Positions 63,122 through 64,000 of a DNA stretch of 64,000 bases are shown in pieces (the stretch's first letter is position 1; every line of letters begins with the position of its first letter). The notes beneath the pieces are model-generated. The model saw nothing but the letters and a program-made list of their open reading frames with translations, was not told the origin of the DNA and made no database searches. Both the position numbers and the translations under genes were made by a program. Location of the stretch: NCBI GenBank assembly GCA_951406725.2, contig OX597819.1, positions 59,148,001-59,212,000 on the forward strand, written 5' to 3'. The DNA comes from Octopus vulgaris. Its lineage: Eukaryota.

Positions 63122-63850
63122 AGCATGTGTACCAGCCACTTCAAACCTATGCTACATCTGCTCCTATAATCAGCTGTGATTTGGTCAGAGAATCCTCTGC
63201 ACTGGTCGACAATAAACTGCAAGCTGAGCTAATACAGATCACATTATCCCAAAGTGTGTATGCATGCAACTGGGGGCCACATGTGGAGTTGTATTCCTTC
63301 CGAAACTCTGAACATAAACTCTACACCTGCTTTGCAGTTGGGGATATATTGTTATAGTCAGTGTTAAGGGACATCTTTGATCCCTTGAACTTACATGTAA
63401 TTAATCTCACCATTCCTCACACACACACACACACACAATCTTGCAACATAATAGAAAATATATAATCAGACTGGATTTTTAAAAACAGTTTACATCCTTA
63501 TTCTTTTGTGGCAACAATAAAGCCTTTACAGTAAAGAATGTTCTGTTGTCATTGCATATCCCTTTTTATGCATTCTTCCAAAATTGGTTGTTTGTATGTG
63601 ATTTGTTGGAGGAAATATTACATATTAGTGGATGCCTTAAAGCTAGACACCTGTAGCTTAAAGTCTGTTATCCTATGTGCTCTGGGTTTGTTGGGTCTGC
63701 TGTACAGTATAACACTTAAGTCATTTCATCTAATACATGTTGGATGAAGCATGTGTAGCAGCTACTTCTAACCTATGCTACATCTGCTCCGATAATCAGC
63801 TGTGATTTGGTCAGAGAACTCTGCACTGGTCGACAATAAACTGCAAGCTG
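63122..63850 (+). repeat. About 105-bp near-identical direct repeat pair (63122-63227 and 63748-63850)
   Basis: AGCATGTGTA.CAGC.ACTTC.AACCTATGCTACATCTGCTCC.ATAATCAGCTGTGATTTGGTCAGAGAA..CTCTGCACTGGTCGACAATAAACTGCAAGCTGA occurs twice. Confidence 0.95.
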
Positions 63851-64000
63851 AAGTAGTGAGGTAGTGTAAAAGTGGTAGACTAAGAAAAATAAAGACAGGC
63901 TTGGAGTGATGTCAGATCTAAAAGTATCATACCTCACAGAAGAGATTGTGAAAGACAGCAATGCATGGAAGAATGCTGCATTGTAGACTCATTTCATTCT

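Overview
AT-rich, repeat-dense eukaryotic genomic DNA, most likely from an octopus (coleoid cephalopod), judged from the tRNA-derived SINE families, RTE LINE tails ending in (GAT)n and abundant TA/CA microsatellites. The only protein-coding gene I can support firmly is NOB1 (20S/18S-E pre-rRNA PIN endonuclease) on the + strand. Six coding exons lie between 47244 and 62690, splice in frame, and the gene continues past the window end. NOB1 intron 1 holds a nested transposon stack: a 5'-truncated RTE LINE with a PHD finger in its RT-containing ORF, inserted into a pogo-like DNA transposon remnant, plus a decayed mariner. A CpG-richer zone (~42.9-48.3 kb) covers the NOB1 promoter. The left 43 kb is CpG-poor and has several strong minus-strand splice signals but no recognisable protein. 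It may be the introns or 5' UTR of a divergently transcribed gene or lncRNA. I found no clearly new multi-gene system. The best leads are speculative RNA-level features: a candidate recursive splice site, a possibly editable in-frame UAG, tandem mini-pseudoknots in the RTE 3' UTR, a pre-miRNA-like hairpin, inverted SINE dsRNA and an unexplained duplicated 105-bp module. All calls are by eye, with no database searches.
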